Positions 38,791 to 46,801 of a stretch of 59,687 bases of DNA are shown piece after piece. Both the position numbers and the translations under genes were made by a program. Below the pieces are notes generated by a model. It saw nothing but the letters and a program-made list of their open reading frames with translations. It was not told the origin of the DNA and made no database searches. Source of the stretch: Patescibacteria group bacterium (GTDB taxonomy: Bacteria; Patescibacteriota; Patescibacteriia; SG8-24); assembly GCA_018813785.1 (NCBI GenBank), contig JAHJAU010000081.1, positions 1 to 59,687 on the forward strand, given 5' to 3'. How positions within the stretch are numbered: the first letter of the stretch is position 1; each line of letters begins with the position of its first letter.

Positions 38791-38867
38791 GGCGAGGTAG
38801 CTCAGTTGGTTAGAGCGAAGGACTCATAAGCCTTAGGTCGTGGGTTCGATTCCCACCCTCGCTACCA
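38791..38867 (+). tRNA. tRNA with CAT anticodon, elongator type (Met, or Ile2 if lysidine-modified)
   Basis: 77 nt. It has a GGCGAGG/CCTCGCT acceptor (G1-U72), AAGGA-CTCATAA-GCCTT anticodon arm (A31/G39 unpaired), GTGGG-TTCGATT-CCCAC T arm, and encoded CCA. Confidence 0.85.
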
Positions 38868-38905
38868 GAAAGGACGCCCCAAGAATCCTTCGGACGTCCT
38901 TTTTG
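38868..38905 (+). terminator. Terminator-like hairpin after the tRNA
   Basis: AGGACG (38871-38876) / CGTCCT (38895-38900), followed by a T5 run. The loop is large. Confidence 0.5.
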
Positions 38906-38922
38906 TTTCGCAACTCTAAGGC

Positions 38923-39261
38923 TTGTGCGAGCGGAAAGATGCTCCGCTGCGCTCCGCAAGACATCTCCATAATTGTCGCCTGGCGACAGCTGCTTTAAGT
39001 TCTGGTGAACTAATTTCCGTAGATGCTGGTCTATTAACCATACGCACTGAAAGCGGCGGATCGAAATTGATTATCTTAACCGATGAAACTGTCATAACAA
39101 AATCCATGAATATTAAACTAGATAATCTTGAAATCGGAGATGTCCTCATGATAAATGGTGATTCGGGAACCGATGGTTCTATCATGACCAATAATATTCA
39201 AATTAGACCAAAAAATTTCTTTCCGAACACAGATAATTCTTCTGAAACAACAAATAATTGA
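38923..39261 (+). CDS. Hypothetical protein, DUF5666-like beta fragment (possibly a gene remnant)
   Basis: 112 aa from a TTG start with no signal peptide and no SD. GELISVDAGLLTIRTESGGSKLIILTDETVITKS...LEIGDVLMINGDSGTDGSIMTNNIQI resembles DUF5666-type repeats. A strong terminator follows. Confidence 0.3.
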   Translation: MCERKDAPLRSARHLHNCRLATAALSSGELISVDAGLLTIRTESGGSKLIILTDETVITKSMNIKLDNLEIGDVLMINGDSGTDGSIMTNNIQIRPKNFFPNTDNSSETTNN

Positions 39262-39308
39262 GCCTTTCTGTTTGGTCTTGGTTTAGATTTAACATTGCTG
39301 TACTCATA

Positions 39309-39341
39309 AAAAATACCGCATAAATTATGCGGTATTTTTAT
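39309..39341. terminator. Bidirectional rho-independent terminator between convergent genes
   Basis: 9-bp stem ATACCGCAT (39313-39321) / ATGCGGTAT (39327-39335), loop AAATT, with an A-run before and a T-run after. Confidence 0.8.
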
Positions 39342-39363
39342 TCCAGATTTAAATTAAATTCAG

Positions 39364-42300
39364 CTAAAAAGTTGCAGTAGCGATAAACGTCAACGTATCT
39401 GAGTAATCATCGTGCGCCTCAGTAAGAGCTGATATAGCCGCTGAACCAGAAATCACTGCACGACCACCAGAAATTGGTCCAGAAACAGTTAGTAGGCTAG
39501 CAGCTGTGGTGGAGAGTGCTTTGACTGCATTGCCATCAGCCTGATCGGCACAGGTGCCACTGGTGTAATTACCAGCCTTGGACAAGTTGGAACCAGATGA
39601 TTGGCTGACTTGCTGAACACAAAAACCATAATTTTCAGTACCAGTAGACATGGAATCGGTCTGACTGATTACGGTATCAGATGATGAAGCTGAAACCAAA
39701 CCAGAGGCACCATTGGCATTCTGTATGGTGATAACCACACCACTGGTGGCATTGGTCTCGATATCTAAAGCAATATAATTAATCGAATCTTCACCGGAAA
39801 CATTTGTGGTTGCTACATCTAGCGTGCCAAAAGCAACCGAATATGGAGCAGAGGTGTCAGCCGAAGTCGTTGTTGAGGTATCGATATCAAACGTTAAGAC
39901 TGGATCAACATCCGATGACACAGTTACCTGATCGCTATCAACAATATAAACAACAACTTTTCCTGGATCGTCATTGGTCCAATGAATTACATAGGCACCT
40001 GGAGTAACTGGATTGTGAACCAAGGCACCACTTAACCAAATAGGTTCTGTGGTAGGACAAGTCTGCGCATTACCCTTGCGGGCAGTAATAACTTTACTTG
40101 TATCATCTATATTGAATTGATCGAGGCAAGCGTGACCGGTTACTGAGCCCTCTGAAGATTCGTATAGTGTGAAAGCAGCCGGAAAAAAGATGGTTAAAGT
40201 TCCAGCGTCGAACTCATTCTGTAAAGTAAACTCCAAATAGAGTGAAGCATCCGTATCGGCTGCTAACCGTGATAGCAATACTTGATTATTGATGGTTGCG
40301 TCATCGGTTGGATCCATGGCCTCACCGTAAATAGCATAACTATTTAATGGCTCGCCAGCATTGGTCAAACGGAAACAATACACTCCATAAGGTCGAGAAA
40401 ATTCAGTCGTTTGGACTGAAAACTCAACCTCAGTAAACTCTGATTCACCAAGTGATATTTCTGGCGTGCGAGAACTGGTAGTCATGACGTAACCACGATG
40501 AAATGACGCATTGCCATCGGTTAATCCACCAACTAAATTAGTGGTCGGTGTTGCATTGGCTAACGGAGCTCCTGAGTACATGGAAAAATGTTCTTCATTC
40601 TCAGTTACTTCAACTGGTACATTACCCCAGGTCGTTATATCAGCACATTGTTCCTCAGTCTTTTCACTAAATTGAAGCTGGAACTCATATTTTGGCGCAA
40701 CTGAAATCTTGAAAATTGTACTTGGATTCGCATACGAGGCAAAGTAAGCGTAGCCACCCTGAGTGTCCATAACCGCCGTCCAAAGTCTATCCTCACCACT
40801 GGCTAAGGTTAATGTTTCAACTCGGGTCATGTCAGATAACCGAATCTTGATTACCTTTCCTGGAAACTCCCAGAAAGTACTCCAATAGGCAAAACCGTTG
40901 GCTGGATCGATAACACCATCGCCGGGATAATTTTCACCGCCGGCAAAAGTTAAAGCACTATCTCGACTAAAATTAGATAAGTTTATCTTCACTACCCGAC
41001 CAGGAGTCGTAAAAGTACTAAAATAAGCTGTTCCATTGGTTGTATTTATAACCGCTGAATTCAAATTGTTCTCTCCGCTCTCAAGTGAGAGAAAACCTAC
41101 CCGAGTAAAACTAGCCAAGTTAACTTTAATTATTTGCCCTGGTGTAGTGTAAGTACCGAAATAAGCAAAACCACTACTAGTATCGATTACAGCTGCGCCA
41201 TAGTTTCTATCCTCACCTGACTGCATGGTTATCGAGCCAACCCGACTAAAAGAAGTGAGATTTATCTTTACCACCATCATCGGCGCTGTATAAGTCGCGA
41301 AATAAGCAAAGTGGGTCGAACCTGAAATATCAATCACTGCTCCGTTAAGTTTATCCTCACCGCTCGATAAGGTAAGAGCCGCCACCCTGGTTAAATTAGA
41401 TAAACGAACTTTTATAATTTTTCCTGGAGAAGTGCTGGTGCCGAAATAAACAAAACCATTGGCCTCATCAAGCACTGCTGACTGAATATCATCCTCTCCA
41501 GCAGGCAGGGTCAACGAACCCATAACAGTCAGGTTGGCTAAATTAATTTTAACTACCTTAGCTGGTTTAGTATCAGTACCGAAATAGCCATAAGTTCCAT
41601 TGGAATCAACAACTCCAGCCCCAAATCTATTTTGACCACCGCCGCCATTAGACAAGGCATCGATCCGAGTCAAATCCGACGCGCGCACCTTTACAATCTT
41701 CCCGGGTAAATTTTGATAAGTACCAAAATAAACAAATCCATTAGTGGTATCCATTACTGCAGCGAACAAATGAGGTTCATCACTGTTTAGTGTGATAGAA
41801 CTCATCCGAGAAAAAGTTGATAAATTTACTTTAATTACTTGACCAGGTGAAGTACTAGTACCAAAGTAGGCGTAATGCGTAGCACTACTCGTATCAATAA
41901 CTGCACTAACCAACGAATTCTCACCACTATTAAGTGCTAAGACTGAGTCTCGATAAAAACCGTTCAAACTTACCCGCACTATCTGTCCTGGAAAAGTGAA
42001 AGTTGTAAAATAGGCGTAGCCAGATGACTCATCCATCAGTGCTCGGTAAAGAAATGATTCGCCGGAATTTAAAGTAATCGCCGCATCGCGTTCAAATGTA
42101 TCTAGAACGATTCTAATAACACGACCCGGTGAGGTGTTGGTACCAAAATAGGCGTAAGAGGAATCATGAACGGCCGACAACAAATTATCTTCTCCGGAGT
42201 TTAAAGTAATCGCACTGGTTCGTGTAAAGGTCGAAAGATTAATCTTTACAACCTTACCTGGACTGGTACGCGTGCCGAAATAAGCCTGACCGGCGCTAGT

Positions 42301-42909
42301 ATCAATCGTTGCAGCTTCAGGAAAATCTTCACCGGCGGCTAAAGTTAAAGTGCCGCCATGCGTAAAAGAAGTTAAATTAACTCGAACCACTTTACCGGGG
42401 CTAGTTCCTAAACCGAAATAAGCATAATTATTGGCGCTATCAATCACTGCTGAAGAACACTCGTTCTCCCCAGCTGTCAACTGTAAGCTACCAACACGTG
42501 TAAAATTCGATAACTGAACTTTCACAATTTGACAGGGCTGGGTATACGTACCAAAGTACGCAAAACCATTCGCCTGATCAATGACAGCTGGCCAAAAATA
42601 ATCTTCGCCCAAGCCAACTTTTTGAGCGGCCTGCTTGAGTAGCTCGGTATCGCTACCAGAGTTCGATACACCCATTCTAAGACGACGACTATCGCCGCGG
42701 GCAAAGTCTTCAATGGACACATTTTCCTCTGCGGCCCAACTAGCACTCACCTCATTGCCATTATTTAAACGCCAACGAAAATTATCCTGTGTTTCAGCCT
42801 GGATAACTGGCAAAATTTGTAAAATAAAACCGTTCATCAGTATGGTGACGGTTAATATACAGGCCAGTGACCTGTGATTCCAGCTCTTTTTCGCATGCCT
42901 ATTTGACAT
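39364..42909 (-). CDS. 1,181-aa secreted/anchored protein with 14 tandem beta-propeller-blade-like repeats and a beta-rich C-terminal region
   Basis: It has an N-terminal hydrophobic signal/anchor (LACILTVTILMNGFILQILPVIQA). Fourteen (F/Y)AYFGT.T.PG.(V/I)VK(I/V)NLS.F.R...(L/I)TL..GE..L.SAVID units follow. The C-terminal 440 aa or so is Thr/Ser-rich beta-type and ends YSDTLTFIATATF. Confidence 0.88.
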   Translation of the reverse strand: MSNRHAKKSWNHRSLACILTVTILMNGFILQILPVIQAETQDNFRWRLNNGNEVSASWAAEENVSIEDFARGDSRRLRMGVSNSGSDTELLKQAAQKVGLGEDYFWPAVIDQANGFAYFGTYTQPCQIVKVQLSNFTRVGSLQLTAGENECSSAVIDSANNYAYFGLGTSPGKVVRVNLTSFTHGGTLTLAAGEDFPEAATIDTSAGQAYFGTRTSPGKVVKINLSTFTRTSAITLNSGEDNLLSAVHDSSYAYFGTNTSPGRVIRIVLDTFERDAAITLNSGESFLYRALMDESSGYAYFTTFTFPGQIVRVSLNGFYRDSVLALNSGENSLVSAVIDTSSATHYAYFGTSTSPGQVIKVNLSTFSRMSSITLNSDEPHLFAAVMDTTNGFVYFGTYQNLPGKIVKVRASDLTRIDALSNGGGGQNRFGAGVVDSNGTYGYFGTDTKPAKVVKINLANLTVMGSLTLPAGEDDIQSAVLDEANGFVYFGTSTSPGKIIKVRLSNLTRVAALTLSSGEDKLNGAVIDISGSTHFAYFATYTAPMMVVKINLTSFSRVGSITMQSGEDRNYGAAVIDTSSGFAYFGTYTTPGQIIKVNLASFTRVGFLSLESGENNLNSAVINTTNGTAYFSTFTTPGRVVKINLSNFSRDSALTFAGGENYPGDGVIDPANGFAYWSTFWEFPGKVIKIRLSDMTRVETLTLASGEDRLWTAVMDTQGGYAYFASYANPSTIFKISVAPKYEFQLQFSEKTEEQCADITTWGNVPVEVTENEEHFSMYSGAPLANATPTTNLVGGLTDGNASFHRGYVMTTSSRTPEISLGESEFTEVEFSVQTTEFSRPYGVYCFRLTNAGEPLNSYAIYGEAMDPTDDATINNQVLLSRLAADTDASLYLEFTLQNEFDAGTLTIFFPAAFTLYESSEGSVTGHACLDQFNIDDTSKVITARKGNAQTCPTTEPIWLSGALVHNPVTPGAYVIHWTNDDPGKVVVYIVDSDQVTVSSDVDPVLTFDIDTSTTTSADTSAPYSVAFGTLDVATTNVSGEDSINYIALDIETNATSGVVITIQNANGASGLVSASSSDTVISQTDSMSTGTENYGFCVQQVSQSSGSNLSKAGNYTSGTCADQADGNAVKALSTTAASLLTVSGPISGGRAVISGSAAISALTEAHDDYSDTLTFIATATF
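40699..42612 (-). repeat. Protein-level tandem repeat array (14 units, period 44-48 aa) within CDS 39364-42909
   Basis: The Y(F/W) of the AYFG motif falls at residues 119, 165, 211, 255, 301, 349, 395, 443, 489, 537, 584, 630, 676 and 723 by my count. Confidence 0.85.
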
Positions 42910-43108
42910 GGTAAAAATTTTTTTGTATTTATTTCTACTTATATCTTATCAAAAAAATGGCCTTTTAACCAGGTGGGGCGTGTGTGGATAAATCAAATTC
43001 TTGGCTAATTTACTGCTTAATGAGCATGGATGAAAAATAGGTACGGTATTACAAAAAATCGTTTTTAAACAAACAAAAATGCCACAACATGAATTGAGGC
43101 ACTTTTAT

Positions 43109-43183
43109 TGGTTGCGGGGCCGGGATTCGAACCCGGGATCTCGAGGTTATGGGCCTCGCGAGATGCCACTTCTCCACCCCGCG
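43109..43183 (-). tRNA. Initiator-type tRNA-fMet (anticodon CAT)
   Basis: The reverse complement is CGCGGGG-TG-GAGA-AGTGGCA-TCTC-G-CGAGG-CCCATAA-CCTCG-AGATC-CCGGG-TTCGAAT-CCCGG-CCCCGCA-ACCA. The C1xA72 mismatch is the bacterial initiator hallmark. CCA is encoded. Confidence 0.88.
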
Positions 43184-43317
43184 ATATATTTTTATCGCTT
43201 GGACTATAATAACCTTTGTTTAAGGGGCTGTCAAGGTATATTGCCTGTCAAAAATAGCTTTATCCGCAAACAACCCTAGATAAACAAAGCCCATAAATTG
43301 CTGAAATCTAAATACCC

Positions 43318-43815
43318 TTAAGACAATGGGGAGATAAACAAAAAATCTAAAAAAGACAATGCTCCCGTGGTAACCAACGAAACAATTACCGCCGCGATAA
43401 TCGCCCCGAGAGCGATAAATGGTAGAGCGCGCTTTAATGACACACCAAAAAGAAAAGCTGCCACAGTTCCAGTCCAGACCCCAGTCATGGGTAGTGGTAT
43501 AGCTACAAATAAGGATAGTGCCAATAAACCATATTTCTCATATTTTCCATCATTGAATACTTTTCTAGATCGACGAATTACTCCTTGCGTTAATCGGTGT
43601 AGAACACCCTGATGTCTTTCATTCCAGTCAATCCATAATTGACCAAGCCAATAAATTAAAAAAGCTGGAATTAAATTACCAATTACTGATAATATCGCGG
43701 CCCAGCAAATCGTCATATTAAAAACCCCGACTGCCAGTGGAATGGATCCGCGCAGCTCGACAATCGGTGCTGCTGCTACGGTTAAAATAAGTATTTCAGG
43801 TGGGATGTTCAACAT
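43318..43815 (-). CDS. Small membrane protein, putative small multidrug export protein family (COG2426-like)
   Basis: 165 aa with 4-5 TM segments. The N-terminal PIVELRGSIPLAV motif is characteristic of that family. The assignment comes from memory of the family pattern. Confidence 0.6.
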   Translation of the reverse strand: MLNIPPEILILTVAAAPIVELRGSIPLAVGVFNMTICWAAILSVIGNLIPAFLIYWLGQLWIDWNERHQGVLHRLTQGVIRRSRKVFNDGKYEKYGLLALSLFVAIPLPMTGVWTGTVAAFLFGVSLKRALPFIALGAIIAAVIVSLVTTGALSFLDFLFISPLS

Positions 43816-43852
43816 GCTTAAATTTAAACTAAATTAAAAACTTATGCTGAAT

Positions 43853-44788
43853 TTATTTAGACCAAGAATAAGCGTCAAAGGTCCAATACATCAAAGCACT
43901 TACTTCATCAAATCTGGCCTTCTTACTTGATGCACCAAGAACCACGGCCACTATTTGATCACCTTGACTGTTCTTGGCAGCAGCACCAAAACAATAACCC
44001 GCTTCTTCAAGAAAACCTGTCTTGCCGCCCAAAAATCCGTACGGAGGCTGAGCAATACTGCTACCCAAAAGTGCGTCAGTGCTGACCAAACTATGATGCA
44101 ATCCGGTCAGCGCATCAAATTCGTAGCTATCTTTAAGAACAATTTCCCGGACGATTTTATTTTGTAAAGCGTACTTAATCAAGATAGCCACATCTTTGGC
44201 GCTGGCTACATTCCGTGCACTCAATCCGGTCGACTCCGCAAAACTTGCACTGTTCATTCCAATTCTGACAGCGAAACTATTCATGGCTGCCACAAACTCT
44301 TCATGACTAAGCCCGATAGATCTGGAGAGAGCTACCGCAGCACCATTAGCAGATGATATTAAACTAGCATGCAACAAATCTATAATTTTAATCTTCTCGC
44401 CGGGTACAACATATGGAATGCCTCCAGGTCGGGAATCGCTGGAAAGAATTTCAATCGGATCATCGAGTCCGACATTCGACTCTAGCACCACCAAAGCCGT
44501 AACTAACTTAGTAATGGAAGCGATCGGCAAGGCTTCATCACCATTTTTTCTAAATAAAAACTTATTAGTGTTCCAGTCCATGACAACTGCAGCCCTTGAT
44601 TCGGTTTCTATCCCCAAACGAGTTGGATCTTTCTTAATCGGTGCTAACGGATCAATAATTGGTTGTTCGACTGTCTTGGCTGCAGGTAAAAAGGAACGCG
44701 AAGAAAAACCTAAATCAGCCAAGGCCAGTGCCGGAGTAGTTTGTCCGGCTAAAACATACAAAGTTAAGGCTAAAATCCAGGAAAACAT
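43853..44788 (-). CDS. D-alanyl-D-alanine carboxypeptidase (peptidase S11, PBP5-like)
   Basis: It has a signal peptide and the three active-site motifs SITK (SxxK), SSAN (SxN) and KTG in GGKTGFLEEAGYC. Confidence 0.88.
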   Translation of the reverse strand: MFSWILALTLYVLAGQTTPALALADLGFSSRSFLPAAKTVEQPIIDPLAPIKKDPTRLGIETESRAAVVMDWNTNKFLFRKNGDEALPIASITKLVTALVVLESNVGLDDPIEILSSDSRPGGIPYVVPGEKIKIIDLLHASLISSANGAAVALSRSIGLSHEEFVAAMNSFAVRIGMNSASFAESTGLSARNVASAKDVAILIKYALQNKIVREIVLKDSYEFDALTGLHHSLVSTDALLGSSIAQPPYGFLGGKTGFLEEAGYCFGAAAKNSQGDQIVAVVLGASSKKARFDEVSALMYWTFDAYSWSK

Positions 44789-44841
44789 CTGAAGAAAATA
44801 ACACTTTTTAATTGCTGGTCATTTTTAATTCCGCGGATTAA

Positions 44842-45411
44842 TTACGCCGCGGCATCATTCTTCTCACCTTCTAAAACTCGCTCTACGTTCTCATTTGATC
44901 GCAATTTTTCGTAATCAGGTAGCTCTTCTACTGAAGACACGCCGAGAAAACGCAAAAAATCCATACCGACCTGAAAAACAGTCAGCGGGTTTCCGACTTC
45001 ACCTCGGGCTTCGACTAAACCGCGCATCATCAAATTGCGCAAGATTAAACTACAATTGACACCTCGAATTTGCTCTAGTTCGGTCTTAGTTATTGGTCCG
45101 CGATAACCAATTATCGTCAATGTTTCAAGTGATGGCTTGGTAAGCTCACCGGAAGTCTCATCTTTTAAGTATTCGCGTACCAACTCAGCTGTGTCACCAG
45201 CTGTGGCCAACTGAACATTATCACCGTGACGCAATAAACGAATTCCGGAATTACGATCGGCGTAATCTTTTGTCAGCTCATCCACAGCCTTGGTCACCGC
45301 ATCTTTTTTCTTTTCATCACAAATCTCCGCCAGCTTTGATATAGATAACGGACGGTTCGTAACAAACAAAATACTTTCAATTTTGGCTTTTAGCATAAGA
45401 TTATCTGACAT
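44842..45411 (-). CDS. scpB: Segregation and condensation protein B
   Basis: IESILFVTNRPLSISKLAEI...ETLTIIGYRGPITKTELEQIRGV winged-helix pair, adjacent to scpA. Confidence 0.9.
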   Translation of the reverse strand: MSDNLMLKAKIESILFVTNRPLSISKLAEICDEKKKDAVTKAVDELTKDYADRNSGIRLLRHGDNVQLATAGDTAELVREYLKDETSGELTKPSLETLTIIGYRGPITKTELEQIRGVNCSLILRNLMMRGLVEARGEVGNPLTVFQVGMDFLRFLGVSSVEELPDYEKLRSNENVERVLEGEKNDAAA

Positions 45412-45415
45412 TTGA

Positions 45416-46135
45416 TCAAGATGACTTATTCAATTTTGGTGATTTAACGATAGTTATATCAGAAAATCGCCCGGATTGTGTAACATACACATTACGTTGC
45501 TTAACCAGTTCCAACAGAGCCAAAAAACTGATAATTATTTCCATGCGAGTCGTGGCCGAATTCATCAATGCACTAAATTTAATTTGTTTGGTGCGTGATA
45601 TTAGATCTCTAATCTGAGTAATCTTATCGTGAATGGAAACCGTGCGCTCCAACGCTTCGCGTTTCGGTTGAACTAACGGCTCTAACCGTTTAATGATACC
45701 CAAAAACAGCTCTCGCATCTGATCGAGAGTCAGATTGTGCGGTGGTGAAAAACCAATTTCAGTTTTTGGCAGCTTGTCATGTACATATAAAAAACGACGC
45801 CGCCCCACCATCTTTTCAAGAATCTTTGAAGCCTCAAGATAACTTTTGTAAATGCGAAGCTGTGATTCCAAATCCAGACCGTCATCTTCTTCGGTATTGA
45901 GTTGAAGATAAGGTAATAATAATTTAGATTTGATGAGCAACAGTCGAGAGGCAATAACTAAAAAATCCGCCAGTTCTTCCGGTGGAATATCGGGGTTAGC
46001 CTCCAGTAAAGTAAGGTAATCATCCGTCACCTGAGACAAGGATACTTCCGAAATATCCAATTTTTCTGCCTCAATCAACTGAAGTAGTAAATTCAATGGA
46101 CCTTCGAATTGTTCCAGCTTGACGGTGTACGACAT
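45416..46135 (-). CDS. scpA: Segregation and condensation protein A
   Basis: FEGPLNLLLQLIEAEKLDISEVSLSQVTDDYL kleisin N-terminus, 239 aa. Confidence 0.9.
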   Translation of the reverse strand: MSYTVKLEQFEGPLNLLLQLIEAEKLDISEVSLSQVTDDYLTLLEANPDIPPEELADFLVIASRLLLIKSKLLLPYLQLNTEEDDGLDLESQLRIYKSYLEASKILEKMVGRRRFLYVHDKLPKTEIGFSPPHNLTLDQMRELFLGIIKRLEPLVQPKREALERTVSIHDKITQIRDLISRTKQIKFSALMNSATTRMEIIISFLALLELVKQRNVYVTQSGRFSDITIVKSPKLNKSS

Positions 46136-46158
46136 AACAATCGCCCGGGATGATCTGA

Positions 46159-46773
46159 TTATCTTTTTTTCATTCGACTGGCAACTTTCTTAGCCACTTT
46201 TTTCTTAAAAGATTTTCTCTTTTTGCCGGAAACTTTAGCCTTCTTGCTTTTAGTCGATCGTCGTTGGAGCTTCAAGGTATTCTTCTTGCCAACACTAGCG
46301 ACAATCGCCTGCTCCAACTCCACCAAATCCTTAACTTTTAGCTTCAGTGACTCGATAAATGATTCTGCGCCAACAATAGCATGTTTAGCCTTTACGACTC
46401 CTTTATCGACTAATACGCCAAAATCATTCAAGCTACCAAACGGCGACACTGCCCCAGGCTCGAGACCAAACTTTTTAAAAATTTTTTCCGGAGCCAGCTC
46501 AACTTTCTTTGCTTTCAAAGCTTTCTTCACCTTCTGCAAATCAACATGGTAGGACGCTAGCACGACAACAATATAAAAAACACCTTTCTTTTTAACTTCT
46601 GGTAACTCCACCTTTACTAATAAGGTCTTGGCAATTTCATCCAACTTAGTACCGATAGTCTGCGCTAAATCATAGGCTGTATAAACCTTCTTGTGTGGTA
46701 CGAGTTCGAATTTAACACCTTGTTTTTCAAGATATTTAGTAATTTTTTTAGCGGCTGTTTTTTCTTTGGCCAT
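46159..46773 (-). CDS. YbaK/EbsC-type aminoacyl-tRNA editing domain protein with a Lys-rich C-terminal tail
   Basis: It has a YbaK-like core (VPHKKVYTAYDLAQ...KTLLVK...GAVSPFG) followed by a basic tail of about 35 aa (RRSTKSKKAKVSGKKRKSFKKKVAKKVASRMKKR). Confidence 0.75.
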   Translation of the reverse strand: MAKEKTAAKKITKYLEKQGVKFELVPHKKVYTAYDLAQTIGTKLDEIAKTLLVKVELPEVKKKGVFYIVVVLASYHVDLQKVKKALKAKKVELAPEKIFKKFGLEPGAVSPFGSLNDFGVLVDKGVVKAKHAIVGAESFIESLKLKVKDLVELEQAIVASVGKKNTLKLQRRSTKSKKAKVSGKKRKSFKKKVAKKVASRMKKR

Positions 46774-46801
46774 AAATAAAACTGATTAAAGGACTGGTAA
46801 T

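Noticed and set aside
43079-43279. 66-aa plus-strand ORF
   Set aside because: It is antisense to, and fully overlaps, the initiator tRNA gene, and it has no coding features.
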